Positions 49,388 through 59,933 of a DNA stretch of 64,000 nucleotides are shown here, piece after piece. The notes under the pieces are model-generated. The model saw only the letters and a program-made list of their open reading frames with translations. It was not told the DNA's origin and ran no database searches. Position numbers and translations under genes: made by a program. This stretch comes from an uncultured Chloroflexia bacterium (lineage in GTDB: Bacteria; Chloroflexota; Limnocylindria; Limnocylindrales; CSP1-4), in assembly GCA_963748625.1 (NCBI GenBank), contig CAVVJT010000007.1, forward strand, positions 32,001 through 96,000, in the 5' to 3' direction. The stretch's first letter is position 1. Each line of letters starts with the position of its first letter.

Positions 49388-50299
49388 CTACGGCCAGGCG
49401 ATCGTCGCCGTCATCGGCGTCACCCCGAACCCGGGCGCGATGTTCTGCAGCACCAGGCGCCACGGGTTCGCCCCCACCACCGGCAGCGAGACGCTGGTCC
49501 CGGTCGACGGCCCCTGGTTGGGCAGCACGGTGCTCCCGGTTCCGCCCTGCTCGATGAGGTCCACCTCGTACGAGAACGGGTGGCCGCCCCACTGGGCGAG
49601 GAGCGTCACGTTGCCCTCCGTCCGCGGCGTCAGGATCGCGGTGATGCCGTTGGTCTCGGGATAGTCCGTCCCGTCGAAGCGGGCGTTCGCGATGGTCACC
49701 GTCGGGGCCTTGGCCGGGAACGTGACGGCCACGTCAACCACGGGCGTCTCCACGTCGGCGCCGCGCAGGGTGGCCTTGAACGATTCGGTCCGCCTGGTCG
49801 TGGTCACGGTCAGTTGGCCGTCCCCGGTCGTGGTGCAGCCGACCTTCTTGCCGCCCGCGCTCAGGCACAGGATCGCGCTGCCCATCGGCGACGTGGTCTT
49901 CACGGCGACGGTGATGACGCCGGTCCCCCGGCTCTCGAAGGTGATGGCCCGGTTCCTGCCCTGCGGATCGTCCTTCGCATCGAGCTTGAGCCCGGCGAAC
50001 ACGATGGTGGCGGGCTTGCCGGGCTTGGCCGACGGCCGCGGTGTGGGGGTGATCCCGGCGCTGGCCGATGCGCTGGCCGAGGCGACCGCGGACGCGACCG
50101 CCGACGCGACGGCGCTGGGATCGGGCGACACGGGCTCGACGGAGGCGGGGACGTCCGTGGGGGCGATGCTGCCCGCGGCGGTGCCGGTCGAGGCCGGACT
50201 CTCGCCGGCGCCGGTCGAAGGGACGGCCGCATTGCCGCACCCGGCAGCGACAAGGGAGGCAAGGAGCAGGACGGCCGGGAGCGCGCGCAGGGTGGTCAT
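49388..50299 (-). CDS. Lipoprotein with Ser/Ala/Pro-rich linker and beta-rich domain(s)
   Basis: Signal peptide with lipobox AAGC; low-complexity linker. Confidence 0.7.
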   Translation of the reverse strand: MTTLRALPAVLLLASLVAAGCGNAAVPSTGAGESPASTGTAAGSIAPTDVPASVEPVSPDPSAVASAVASAVASASASASAGITPTPRPSAKPGKPATIVFAGLKLDAKDDPQGRNRAITFESRGTGVITVAVKTTSPMGSAILCLSAGGKKVGCTTTGDGQLTVTTTRRTESFKATLRGADVETPVVDVAVTFPAKAPTVTIANARFDGTDYPETNGITAILTPRTEGNVTLLAQWGGHPFSYEVDLIEQGGTGSTVLPNQGPSTGTSVSLPVVGANPWRLVLQNIAPGFGVTPMTATIAWP

Positions 50300-50321
50300 G
50301 CGCGGATGGTAGGCCCCGGGC

Positions 50322-50862
50322 TCAACCTTCGCGCGGCGGCGCCGGATTGGCCAGGCCCTCGACCACCTCGACGGTCGGCAGCGTGGCGCAGGATCGACGG
50401 CGGGGCGATCACCTTCCAGCTGCGGCTGCCGCCACCCAGGATGATCCGCTCGCGCTCCGTGACCGCGGCATCCACCCAGACCGGCAGGTGGTCGGGCAGG
50501 CCGAAGACGGTCACGCCACCGATCTCGTGGCCGGTGAGCGTGCGCGTCTCCTCGGGCGAGGCGAACGACGCCCGGCGGCCGAACCGCGCCTTGATCGCCT
50601 TGTTCACGTCGAGGCGGTGCGTCGCGAGCACCACGCAGGCGGCGTACACCGGCTCCGGGCCCTTGCCCACCACGATGATCGTGTTGGCGGAGTCCGCCAG
50701 GTCGAAGCCGTAGTGGGCGCAGAAGGCCGCCGTGTCGGCCAGCGCGGGGTCGCAGGGGAAGAGCTCGTGCTCGCCACGGCCGGCCAGGGATGCCTCGAGG
50801 GCGGTGCGATCGGGATCAGGCGTGGAGGCGGCCGCGGTGGCCGGGGCGTCGTCTGGGGTCAT
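50322..50862 (-). CDS. YbaK/EbsC (prolyl-tRNA editing-like) protein (frameshift near the 3' end)
   Basis: CDPALADTAAFC, SANTIIV, ASFAS, IGGVTVFGLP, ILGGGSRSWK. Confidence 0.82.
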
Positions 50863-51032
50863 GGCGGGCAACGGTAGCGGAGTCCGCCGGCGTACGCGAC
50901 CGTCAGCCGCGCGTGGCGAGGGTGACGGCGTCTCCTTCGTGAGAGGGCTCCAGATGGACCGCGCGGAAGGTCACCCCCCGAGCCTGGCACGGAAGCGCAC
51001 GAGCCACACGGGGGCCGCCGTCCTCACGACCG

Positions 51033-51650
51033 CTACGAGGCCGTTGCGCGCCTTGCCGCGACCCACGCGGCAAGCGCACCGGCCACCAAGCCGACGAGGA
51101 GTCCAGTCAGGTTGTCGATGACGTCCCCGCTCTGGCACGCGCGATGGAGCGGCGTCACCAAGAACTGGGTCCCCTCGATCACGAATGGGAGGGCCGCCGC
51201 GGCGGCAAGCACCACCGCCTTGCGGCGCGACCTCGGAACCAGCGCGATCGTGAACCCGAGTGGGATGAACAGCAGGATGTTCCCGAGCTCGTCGGTGGGC
51301 CAGCGCAACCGATCCAGCGGCGCCAGCCCGATCCGTGACAGGTCGCAGGATCGAACAAGGCCGATATCGGGACGGTCCGCCGCCACCAGCGGTGTCATCG
51401 TGCCAGCCAGGATGACGCCGGTGCTGAACAGCAGCACCCAGGCGACAGGGCGCCGCACACGCAGCCAGCGCGCCACTCGACCGCTGGCGAGCGTGCTCAC
51501 AACGAACGCGAGCATGACGCCGGGGACGAGCCATGGCAGGGGCGATACCCACCAGATCACGGTCGCACCAGGGACATACGGGAATTGTCGGGCATCGGCA
51601 TCGGCAGCGGCCGGATCAGTGGGTGCCGGCCTCAGCAGTGACCGGGACAA
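51033..51650 (-). CDS. VanZ family membrane protein
   Basis: GNILLFIPLG, IEGTQ, RACQSGDVIDNLTG. Confidence 0.8.
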   Translation of the reverse strand: MSRSLLRPAPTDPAAADADARQFPYVPGATVIWWVSPLPWLVPGVMLAFVVSTLASGRVARWLRVRRPVAWVLLFSTGVILAGTMTPLVAADRPDIGLVRSCDLSRIGLAPLDRLRWPTDELGNILLFIPLGFTIALVPRSRRKAVVLAAAAALPFVIEGTQFLVTPLHRACQSGDVIDNLTGLLVGLVAGALAAWVAARRATAS

Positions 51651-53703
51651 GCTCGAGACGCCGGTCTACCGCGGGCGCGAGCCACGAGATCTGGTCGGGG
51701 CGAATGACCGGTGCCGTGACCTCGACGTCCCGGACGTAGTCAAGGAGTGCCAGGCGCAGGGCCGGCTCGTCCGCCCCGCTCGCCATGGCGATCATGTGAC
51801 GCGCATCCTCGCGCACCTCCACCGGTGGAGGCGTCGTCTGCGCCCGCAGGACCTTGGCGCTCGCCGTCGGCTCCACCTGCTCCGCGTCATAGAACAGCTC
51901 CTCGTGGAGCTTCTCGCCGGGACGCAGCCCGACGGTCTCGATGGGCTGGCTGTCCGGGTCGCGGCCCGAGAGCCGGACCAGGTCCCGGGCGAGGTCCATC
52001 ACCCGGACCGGCTCGCCCATGTCCAGCACGAACAGGTCCCCGTCGGTGCCGAGCGCGGCCGCGTCGAGGATGAGCCAGGAGGCCTCCGGGATCGTCATGA
52101 AGTAGCGCGTCATGTCGGGGTGCGTGATGGTGAGCGGCTCCCCGTTCTCCAGCTGCTCCTGGAAGATCGGAACGACGCTGCCGTTCGACCCGAGCACGTT
52201 GCCGAAGCGGACCGACACGTACGGACGGCCGCTCCGGTGGGCGGCATCCGCCACCAGCATCTCTGCGATGCGCTTGCTCGCACCCATGACACTCGACGGA
52301 CGAACCGCCTTGTCCGTGGAGACGAACACGAAGCGCTCCACGCCCGCCGCGACCGCCGCGTCCAGCATCACCATCGTCCCGCCGATGTTCACGTGCGTCG
52401 CATCGGACGGATGCTCCTCCATCAGGGGCACATGCTTGAAGGCGGCCGCGTGGAAGATGATGCTGGGCGCCTCACGTGCGACGAACCGCTCCATCTCCGC
52501 CCGGCTCGCGACGTTCGCAAGGTGGATGACGACCTCGCCTTTCCCACGCCCCCGGCGACGTCGTGACTCGAGCTCGCGGTGGAGCATGTACAGGGGGCTC
52601 TCGGCGCGGTCCACCAGGATCAGCCTGCGCGGTCCGATAGCGAACACCTGGCGCGCCAGCTCGGAGCCAATGGAGCCGCCACCGCCGGTGATCAGCACGG
52701 TCCGGTCGCGGATGAGGCTCTCGACCCCGGCGGCGTGCTCGGTGACCATCGGGCGGCGAAGGAGGTCTTCGACGCGCACTCGCCGGACGCGATACGCGTC
52801 CACGCTGCCGTCGAGCAGGTCTTCGACCGACGGGACCGTTCGGACGTCGAGGTGGAGCGCCATTGCAGCCTCCACGACCTGCCGCACGGCGCTCCCGGGC
52901 GCGCTCGGCATCGAGATCAGCAGCTTCTTCGCGCCGGTAGCTGCGACCGCCTGCTCCAGCGTCGCGAGGCCGCCAAAGACCCGCAGCCCCGCAACGTACC
53001 CGCCCGCGAGGCTGGGGTCATCGTCGAGGAACCCGACCGGCCTGACACCGGCACCCGGATGCCGCTGAGCGGAGCGCGCCAGCAGGGCCCCGGTCTGGCC
53101 GGCGCCGTACAGCAGGGCCGCGTTACCGTTGGCAGGAGTGACGTCTTCGGGTGCGTGGGCGTGTTCCGAGGCGGCCCGGATACCGAACCGCACGCCGCCC
53201 AGGATCGTGATGCTCAGCAGGGCCTCGATCGGCCAGAACGAGCGCGGGAACTCTGTGACTGCCGGGCTGCCGGCGAGCGTCGAGGCGCCGTAGAAGATGA
53301 CGATGCTGATCAGCGATCCCAGCGCTACCGCAGCGGCGATCCGCTCGAGATCGGGGACGCTTGCATTGCGCCATCGACGGCTGTAGAGGCCGAGGTTGAT
53401 GTTGACGATGGTGCGGGTCGCGAGCAACAGCACCACGACGGCGGGGAACGCCGGGATAGACCACGGGGCGCTGACCCGGTCCAGGCGAAGCGCCAAGGCG
53501 ATGTACGAGGCAACTGCGATCCCGACCAGGTCGACAGCGAGGAGGTAGCGGCCGCGCAGGTGGCCGCCGAACGGCCACACGGTCCGTCTGGGCAACAGCG
53601 TCGACGCTCCGGAACGCGTGCGCCTCCGGCGCAGCCGGGACAGGACGGCGCGCGGGCGCCCTGACCACCTCTCGAGCGTACGGTCCGCCAATGCATCCCC
53701 CAC
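51616..53703 (-). CDS. Membrane-bound NDP-sugar 4,6-dehydratase (CapD/WbpM/PglF family)
   Basis: N-terminal TMs, YGAGQTG, GFLDDD, TGGGGSIGSEL, HAAAFKHVP, STDKAV, VRFGNVLGS, RPGEKLHEEL. Confidence 0.93.
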   Translation of the reverse strand: MGDALADRTLERWSGRPRAVLSRLRRRRTRSGASTLLPRRTVWPFGGHLRGRYLLAVDLVGIAVASYIALALRLDRVSAPWSIPAFPAVVVLLLATRTIVNINLGLYSRRWRNASVPDLERIAAAVALGSLISIVIFYGASTLAGSPAVTEFPRSFWPIEALLSITILGGVRFGIRAASEHAHAPEDVTPANGNAALLYGAGQTGALLARSAQRHPGAGVRPVGFLDDDPSLAGGYVAGLRVFGGLATLEQAVAATGAKKLLISMPSAPGSAVRQVVEAAMALHLDVRTVPSVEDLLDGSVDAYRVRRVRVEDLLRRPMVTEHAAGVESLIRDRTVLITGGGGSIGSELARQVFAIGPRRLILVDRAESPLYMLHRELESRRRRGRGKGEVVIHLANVASRAEMERFVAREAPSIIFHAAAFKHVPLMEEHPSDATHVNIGGTMVMLDAAVAAGVERFVFVSTDKAVRPSSVMGASKRIAEMLVADAAHRSGRPYVSVRFGNVLGSNGSVVPIFQEQLENGEPLTITHPDMTRYFMTIPEASWLILDAAALGTDGDLFVLDMGEPVRVMDLARDLVRLSGRDPDSQPIETVGLRPGEKLHEELFYDAEQVEPTASAKVLRAQTTPPPVEVREDARHMIAMASGADEPALRLALLDYVRDVEVTAPVIRPDQISWLAPAVDRRLELVPVTAEAGTH

Positions 53704-54009
53704 GTATAGGTCGGCCGCACGACGGGGTGCGGCCGCACAACTCCCCCGGACCGACGACGATAGACTGGGAGACGAGGCCCGTTCCAGTGCCGATGGTCCT
53801 GCTCAAATGGTCCTGATCTATTCGTGGTGCACTTGGGCACCACGGCTGCCGCCGGCGCAGGCCGAGCACAGGGCCGTTGAGGGGCCGTTCCGGTGAGGAC
53901 ATGGGCGATTGGTAACATTGACCGTACCCGGCGTTGCGTCGATCATCGGAGTACGTCCCGGTCCTCATCCGCACGCCCCGCCCACCCGGAACACCGAGGC
54001 AGACATCCT

Positions 54010-55635
54010 GTGGATCTCCGGCGCCAGATGGCCATCATCCGGACGTGGCTGCCGCTGCTCGTCGCGAGCGTGATCTTGGCCGCCGTTGCGGCGTTCGCCG
54101 TCAGCAGCCTCCTGCCGAAGGTGTACGAGGCGAAGGCCACGCTGATCGTCGGCCAGTCGCTTTCGTCCTCCAACCCCGACTACAACCAACTCCTGGTCTC
54201 CCAGCGTCTGTCCGCGACCTACGCTGCGGTCGCGACCAAGCGGCCCCTCCTCCAGAGCGTGATAACCCAGCTCAACCTTGGAATGAGCCCTGAGGAGCTG
54301 GCGAAGAGCGTTCGAGCGGACGTCCCTACCGAGAGCACGCTACTTGGGATCACCGCCCAGGACGCCGACCCCGATCGCGCCGCGGCGATCGCCAACACGC
54401 TGGCCGACCAGCTCATCGCGGCCTCGCCTGCCCTCCAGGGACGCCAGGCCGAGCTCCAGACCTTCGCGGACTCGGAGGTGTCCGCGACGCAATCGCAGAT
54501 CCAAACGACGCAGGCGCAGCTCGAGGCTCTTCTTGGGTTGACGGAACGCACCCCAGAGCAGGATGCGGAGATCCAGACGCTCGAAGGGCGGCTGACCAGC
54601 CTCCGTTCCACGTATGCCACGCTGCTCTCATTCGCCCTCGGCAACTCGGCCAGCCTCTTGACGGTGGTCGAGCCGGCAGTGGGATCGGCGGACCCAGTCT
54701 CGCCCCGGGTGGCTCTCAACACCGTTCTGGCTGCCGTCCTGGGCCTCCTCGTCGCGGTCGGCATCGCGTTCCTCGCCGAGTACCTCGACGACTCGATCAA
54801 AGACTCCGACGCCGTCCAGGAGGCCACCGGCCTGAGCACGCTCGGCACGATCGCCCGGATGAAGGGCGAACGTGGCCGGAAGGAGATGTACAGGCTGGCG
54901 CCGCTGCTCTACCCGCGATCGAGTGCTGCGGAGGCATACCGGACGCTCCGCACCAACATCGAGTTCGCATCTGTCGATGCTCCAATTCGGACCCTCCTGG
55001 TCACAAGCGCTGTCCCAGGTGAGGGCAAGACGATCACCGCGGCCAACCTCGCGATCGTCTTTGCCCAAGCGGGTCGCCGAGTCCTGCTCGTTGATGCGGA
55101 TCTCCGCAAACCCGGTGTCCACGTCGCTTTCGGTCTCCTTAACGAACAAGGCCTAACGACGATGCTGCGCAGCGACGATGCTGGCCTCGCCTCACTCGTC
55201 CGGGCGACTGAGGTGGTCAACCTGCTGGTCCTCACAACCGGGCCCCTGCCACCCAATCCGGCCGAGCTTGTTGGCTCGCAGCGTATGGCCGCGCTGCTGG
55301 ATGAGCTGCGGCAGGACAGCGATCTCGTGATCTTCGACAGTCCGCCACTTGAGGCTGTCACTGACGCCGCGCTCCTGAGCTCGTTCGCTGACGGGACCCT
55401 GCTCGTGGTAGATGCATCAAAGAGCCGCCGCAGAGCCGTGCGCGCGGCCCGCGAAGCGCTGGATCGCGCAGGGGCCAACGTGGTCGGCGCGGTTCTTAAT
55501 CGGACGCCGGCGCGCGCGGCGCCAGCCTATGAGTACTACGGTGGCTACACCGAGACAGCGAAGAATGCCGAGCCCTCCGGCTCGACCGATCTGCCGCAGC
55601 CCGGCGAAAAGCTGCCCGGGCGGAGTGGCCCCTAG
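54010..55635 (+). CDS. Polysaccharide co-polymerase / tyrosine autokinase (Wzc/CpsCD fusion)
   Basis: Wzz-like N-terminus, AEAYRTLRTN, SAVPGEGKT, DADLRKP, PPNPAEL, DSPP, Tyr cluster YEYYGGY. Confidence 0.92.
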   Translation: MDLRRQMAIIRTWLPLLVASVILAAVAAFAVSSLLPKVYEAKATLIVGQSLSSSNPDYNQLLVSQRLSATYAAVATKRPLLQSVITQLNLGMSPEELAKSVRADVPTESTLLGITAQDADPDRAAAIANTLADQLIAASPALQGRQAELQTFADSEVSATQSQIQTTQAQLEALLGLTERTPEQDAEIQTLEGRLTSLRSTYATLLSFALGNSASLLTVVEPAVGSADPVSPRVALNTVLAAVLGLLVAVGIAFLAEYLDDSIKDSDAVQEATGLSTLGTIARMKGERGRKEMYRLAPLLYPRSSAAEAYRTLRTNIEFASVDAPIRTLLVTSAVPGEGKTITAANLAIVFAQAGRRVLLVDADLRKPGVHVAFGLLNEQGLTTMLRSDDAGLASLVRATEVVNLLVLTTGPLPPNPAELVGSQRMAALLDELRQDSDLVIFDSPPLEAVTDAALLSSFADGTLLVVDASKSRRRAVRAAREALDRAGANVVGAVLNRTPARAAPAYEYYGGYTETAKNAEPSGSTDLPQPGEKLPGRSGP

Positions 55636-56054
55636 TGCCCGGCGGATCTGCGCCCTCCACGATCGCCGCGGGCCCGTCGCGACCGCGAGCGGTGGGTGAT
55701 AGACGTGCACACCTTGGTGTACACGTGGTGGAGGGTGCCCTCCTGCGTGAGGCCATGCGTCTCGCAGATCGTTGAGTCGAGGACTATCGTAAGCGGCGGG
55801 CTGCCCGGACCCGCGCCGGCGGCCCGGGCGAGTAGGCTGGGGGCAGACCGAATCGAGCTGGCGGGCGTGGCCCAGCGGGTGTTGCTGTGCGCACGAAGGT
55901 GCCCAACGCGGATAAGGCCTTCACCGTGAAGCCAAGGATCTTCGCCGCGCCCGCCTAGAGAGCGGCGGCATCGTCGATGCAGGCGCCGCCTGCGAGCGCA
56001 GAGAAGATCAGGGTCGGCAGTCTGTCGCCGACGTTCCCGCTGGGACGGGTTGGC

Positions 56055-57485
56055 TCATTCATGGACTCCATCGAACGTGATAGCGATCGAGTCTCCATCA
56101 GACCCGGTACGGTTCAATCCACCCCGGGGCGGAAGCTCGACGGCGATCCGCTCGTAGGTCTCGAGGAGTCCCTTGACCTCGGTCTCCCAGTTCCATCGCT
56201 CGCGCGCTGCGGAAAAACAGCGCGTCCTCAGCGCGAGCCGCTCGACAGGCCCGAGCTCTAGTATCGATCGGATCGCGAGAGCCACCGACGCAGGTCGTGC
56301 GGGATCGCAGATCGTGCCGAGTGGACCTGCTGGGTCGTCGACGATCCGGCGGACGCCCGGGAGGTCGCTAACAACCACGGGAACTCCGGCAGCCAGGCAC
56401 TCAAACAGCTTGTTGGGCGTTGCGAGGCGTAGGTTGCGGTCGGTGCCAGGGAGAGCGATAGCTCCGACGTCGGCCGACGAGATCCAACCGTGAAGCTCCT
56501 CCACCGGAACGGCATCGAGAACGTGAATGCGACCGGCAAACCGCGGGGCTCCCGAGAGCGCGCGCAAGGCATCGCGCAGTCGGCCGTAGCCGAGGAGCAC
56601 GAGGTGAGCGGACTCGAGACCCGGCTCGAGCATCGCCTCAGTCAGCACCTCAAGGCCCCGGTGGTTCGCGAGCAACCCGTGGTGCAGGACGATCGCGGCG
56701 CCTGCCGGGATGCCCGTCGCACGACGGAGAAGATCAGGCCCAGCATATGGAGCTGTCCGTGGCGGGCAGTTGTGGACCACGATCGTTCGCGGCGGCCGAT
56801 ATCGCCGATTGAGCACGACGGCCACGTCCCGGTTTACCGTGACCAGTGTGTCGATCCGTCTGACCCTCCTCTGCTCTTCCCAGCGCAGCAGAGAGCGGAG
56901 AGCCGGCGGGAGGAGGCCGGCGACCCCGGTGTCCAGGAACAACTCGTGGGAGTCGTAGACGATGGTGCCAGCACGCACGTGATCCGAGATCGCCTCAAGC
57001 GCCTGCAGATCATGGGCGTGCCAAACGTCCGCTTCTCCAATCGCCGTCGCCGCCAGCCTTCCCCAAGTTCGCAAGTGGTACAGATACGCCGCGAGCCAAG
57101 CAACTCGCTCCAGGGGCACGAGCCAACGTCTGGGGCGGTTCTCGGCAGTAAACGGGCTTGCACTCCCCGGTAATGTGCTGCCCCGACCTGGGAGCAGGGG
57201 TAGTACGTCCACACCGACCGGCGACCACCCGCTGGGACCGTTCCCGGGTAAGCATGCCAAGAGTACGTGATGGCCTGCTGCAGCCAGCGTTTCTGCCTCA
57301 CGACGGACCCGGCTGTCATGCGTGATGTCGCCATACACGGCCATGGCTATGCGAAGGCGCCGTTCCGGGGCGACTTCCGCAACGGTTTGGGTCGAGTTCG
57401 GCCTGGTTGGCCGCATCAGGGACACTTCGCGTTCATCGTGATCCCAGCGTGCGATCGATGCGCCGCCGAAGCTCGCCGTGACCAT
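56055..57485 (-). CDS. GT4 family glycosyltransferase
   Basis: HDSRVRREA, HAHDL, VYDSHE, PNKLFECLAAGVPVVVSD; alternative start at 57416. Confidence 0.88.
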   Translation of the reverse strand: MVTASFGGASIARWDHDEREVSLMRPTRPNSTQTVAEVAPERRLRIAMAVYGDITHDSRVRREAETLAAAGHHVLLACLPGNGPSGWSPVGVDVLPLLPGRGSTLPGSASPFTAENRPRRWLVPLERVAWLAAYLYHLRTWGRLAATAIGEADVWHAHDLQALEAISDHVRAGTIVYDSHELFLDTGVAGLLPPALRSLLRWEEQRRVRRIDTLVTVNRDVAVVLNRRYRPPRTIVVHNCPPRTAPYAGPDLLRRATGIPAGAAIVLHHGLLANHRGLEVLTEAMLEPGLESAHLVLLGYGRLRDALRALSGAPRFAGRIHVLDAVPVEELHGWISSADVGAIALPGTDRNLRLATPNKLFECLAAGVPVVVSDLPGVRRIVDDPAGPLGTICDPARPASVALAIRSILELGPVERLALRTRCFSAARERWNWETEVKGLLETYERIAVELPPRGGLNRTGSDGDSIAITFDGVHE

Positions 57486-57500
57486 GCTCTCGCTTGGTCC

Positions 57501-59369
57501 TCAAGCGGGAAACCACGCCCGGAGATAGCGATCCAGCGCGACCATGTTGAAGACTTGGTCGTCCCATGCGTAGGAGGGCTTCCGCCTCTGCCATTCGACC
57601 TGCAGCCTGCGGAGAGCGTCGACGTCTACCACTTCCTCCCAAGCGGGGTGCGGGTCGGCAATCCAAGTGTCAACCAATGGCTTCAAGGAGCCTCGAAGCC
57701 AACGCGCCTGTGGCAGCGAGAACCAGCGCTTGCCCGGGGACCAGGCAGGGATCCCGCCAGCTCGCGAGGCCAACGCGACGCGCAGCGGCCACTTTGTCCA
57801 CCCGTCCCGAAAGACGACATCTTCGGGCATGGCAAGCGATAAGGCGACAAGCGAGGCATCGAGGTACGGGAGCCGGGTTTCTACCGAATGGGCCATGGCG
57901 TTTCGATCGGCGTGAGCCAGCAGGTTGGGTAGACTCCAACGCTGGATGTCTTGCACGCGCATCTCGAGGCCACTGACTCGGACCCGCGGCGTGTGCTCAC
58001 CCTCGAACAGCTCTGGCCGCAAGAAGAGGTCTGGGCGGGGTGCGTTCCCCGCTCGACCTAGGTATCTGTACCCAGCTGTCCGAAGCCTGTCGACCGTGCC
58101 AACTTGACGGACGAAGCCTACGACGGGCCCGGTCAACGCCAAGGGACGTGTCGTTGCAGTTCGCCAGATGACGCTAGCCACGAACTTGTTGTAGCCGCCC
58201 AGGATCTCGTCAGCTCCCTGGCCATCGAGCACGACGAACACGCCGGCAGACCGGGCGGCCTCGAATACCTTCCACTGCCCGTAGATGCTCGTCCCCGAGA
58301 TCGGATACTCATGGTGCCACGACATCAGATCCCAGATCGTGCCGAACTCATCTGGGTCCGCGGGGACAGGCTCCCAGCCGGACCCCAGCGCCCTAGCGAA
58401 CTGACCGGCGGCGGAACCTTCATCGATCCGCACGTCATCACTTGTCGCCGTGAACGTCCGGTAACCCTTCTGACCCTGGAAGGTCGCCTCGGCAAGTACG
58501 AGGGAACTGTCAATACCAGACGAGAGGGATGTCCCAACCTGAACGTCCGAGCGGAGTCGCCTACGGATCGACCGGGCAAAGAGCTCCGAGAAGCGAACGC
58601 ACCAGTCAGCCGGCGACCGCTCAGGTGATACCGCACTGATCTCTGTGTTGAGGTCGAAGTACGAACCGCTCTTTACTCCGCCCCTATCCACCCAAAGCCA
58701 CCGACCCGGTGCAAGCTGGTTCACTCCTTCGAACCAGGAAGATGGCCCGTCAAAGGGCCGACCCGTTACCAGGAAGGTTGCCGCGCTGCGGGGATCCAAT
58801 CGGGGAGCGACCTGTGGGTATTGCCCGAGTTGCTTGACTTCGGATGCGAACGCTAGTCCGCCCTCCCACGAAGTCCAAAAGAGCGGCTTCTCTCCGAACC
58901 TGTCGCGGGCAATGAGAAGGCCGTCCTTGCGCTCGTCGTAGATCGCAAGCGCCCACATCCCATCGAGCCGGGCCAGTGCATCCGTGCCCCATTCAAGGTA
59001 GGCCTTGAGGAGGACCTCGCTATCGCCAGTTGACGTGAAGGTCCAGCCAAGCGCGGCCAAGTCATCGCGTATCTCGACGAAGTTGTAGATCTCGCCGTTG
59101 TAGGTCATCGCAGCTCGGCCCGGCACCACCATCGGCTGGTCCCCGCTGGGCAAGAGGTCCAGAATTGCCAGACGGCTGAAACCAAGGGCAACACGGGAAG
59201 CTTCGATGGCTTTGGTGTCGAGCTCATCGACGGGTCGGCAACCGATCTGACCGGGGACCCAGTAGCCGGTTCCGTCTGGCCCACGATGCCTCGCAACCCT
59301 GACCGCGTTTGCGAACCAGGCCCCTGGCACCTGGGGGCTTGCAGCGATATAGCCGTTGATGCCGCAGAT
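57501..59369 (-). CDS. asnB: Asparagine synthase (glutamine-hydrolysing) family amidotransferase, probably polysaccharide-modifying
   Basis: CGING, HRGPD, RLAILDL, YNGEIYN, RDRFGEKPL, SSGIDSS, DGQGADE, ETRLPYLD. The codon before the catalytic Cys is ATC. Confidence 0.88.
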   Translation of the reverse strand: MCGINGYIAASPQVPGAWFANAVRVARHRGPDGTGYWVPGQIGCRPVDELDTKAIEASRVALGFSRLAILDLLPSGDQPMVVPGRAAMTYNGEIYNFVEIRDDLAALGWTFTSTGDSEVLLKAYLEWGTDALARLDGMWALAIYDERKDGLLIARDRFGEKPLFWTSWEGGLAFASEVKQLGQYPQVAPRLDPRSAATFLVTGRPFDGPSSWFEGVNQLAPGRWLWVDRGGVKSGSYFDLNTEISAVSPERSPADWCVRFSELFARSIRRRLRSDVQVGTSLSSGIDSSLVLAEATFQGQKGYRTFTATSDDVRIDEGSAAGQFARALGSGWEPVPADPDEFGTIWDLMSWHHEYPISGTSIYGQWKVFEAARSAGVFVVLDGQGADEILGGYNKFVASVIWRTATTRPLALTGPVVGFVRQVGTVDRLRTAGYRYLGRAGNAPRPDLFLRPELFEGEHTPRVRVSGLEMRVQDIQRWSLPNLLAHADRNAMAHSVETRLPYLDASLVALSLAMPEDVVFRDGWTKWPLRVALASRAGGIPAWSPGKRWFSLPQARWLRGSLKPLVDTWIADPHPAWEEVVDVDALRRLQVEWQRRKPSYAWDDQVFNMVALDRYLRAWFPA

Positions 59370-59933
59370 GAGGCAATTCCTCCAAGGAGCGAAACAGAAG
59401 TTCGCGTTCTTGTCGTCGGACCCTATTGTGACAGCGCGGTTCGCCTCCGGCGCGGCATGTGCGGGCTGCCAGCCGGTCGCGGCAGACTCCTCGGGTGCCT
59501 CAGCCCCTTCGAGCATCCCTCGCGTCCCGTCAGCGCATGGGGCACGCGGCGTCGCGCTGCAGTGGGTCGCGTCCCCCAGACTTGGCGTAACAGCGTTGCC
59601 GTGAAGGAGAACGGCCACCGCGTCACTCTCGCCTTGCCGAATCCGAGAGATCTACTGCGTGGTGAACGCGAGGACGACGCGCCGCGACCGGGTCTTGACT
59701 GCCGCGGGGTTGTCGCTGGGGGGGGCTTGGGCGCTATGCGGGAAGGGCTAACATGGACGAGCGGGAGCGCTGTCCGCATTAACGTGACTTGACGCGGAGT
59801 GCAGTGGCGGAGCTTTGAGGCGGTCCGTTGTGATACGTGGTCGAACCGTAGGCCGACGACCTTTGCGCCCCGCAGTAGCGAGGAGCGGAAGGACGATGCG
59901 AATCGCGCTGCCTGGCCCGATGGGCAGTCGATC

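Noticed and set aside
56100-56135. GGTTCAATCC resembling a tRNA T-loop
   Set aside because: It lies inside the GT4 coding region and has no cloverleaf stems or CCA end.
59370-59618. N-terminal extension of asnB given in the ORF track
   Set aside because: Incompatible with the required N-terminal Cys, and the Shine-Dalgarno position points to a start at 59369.
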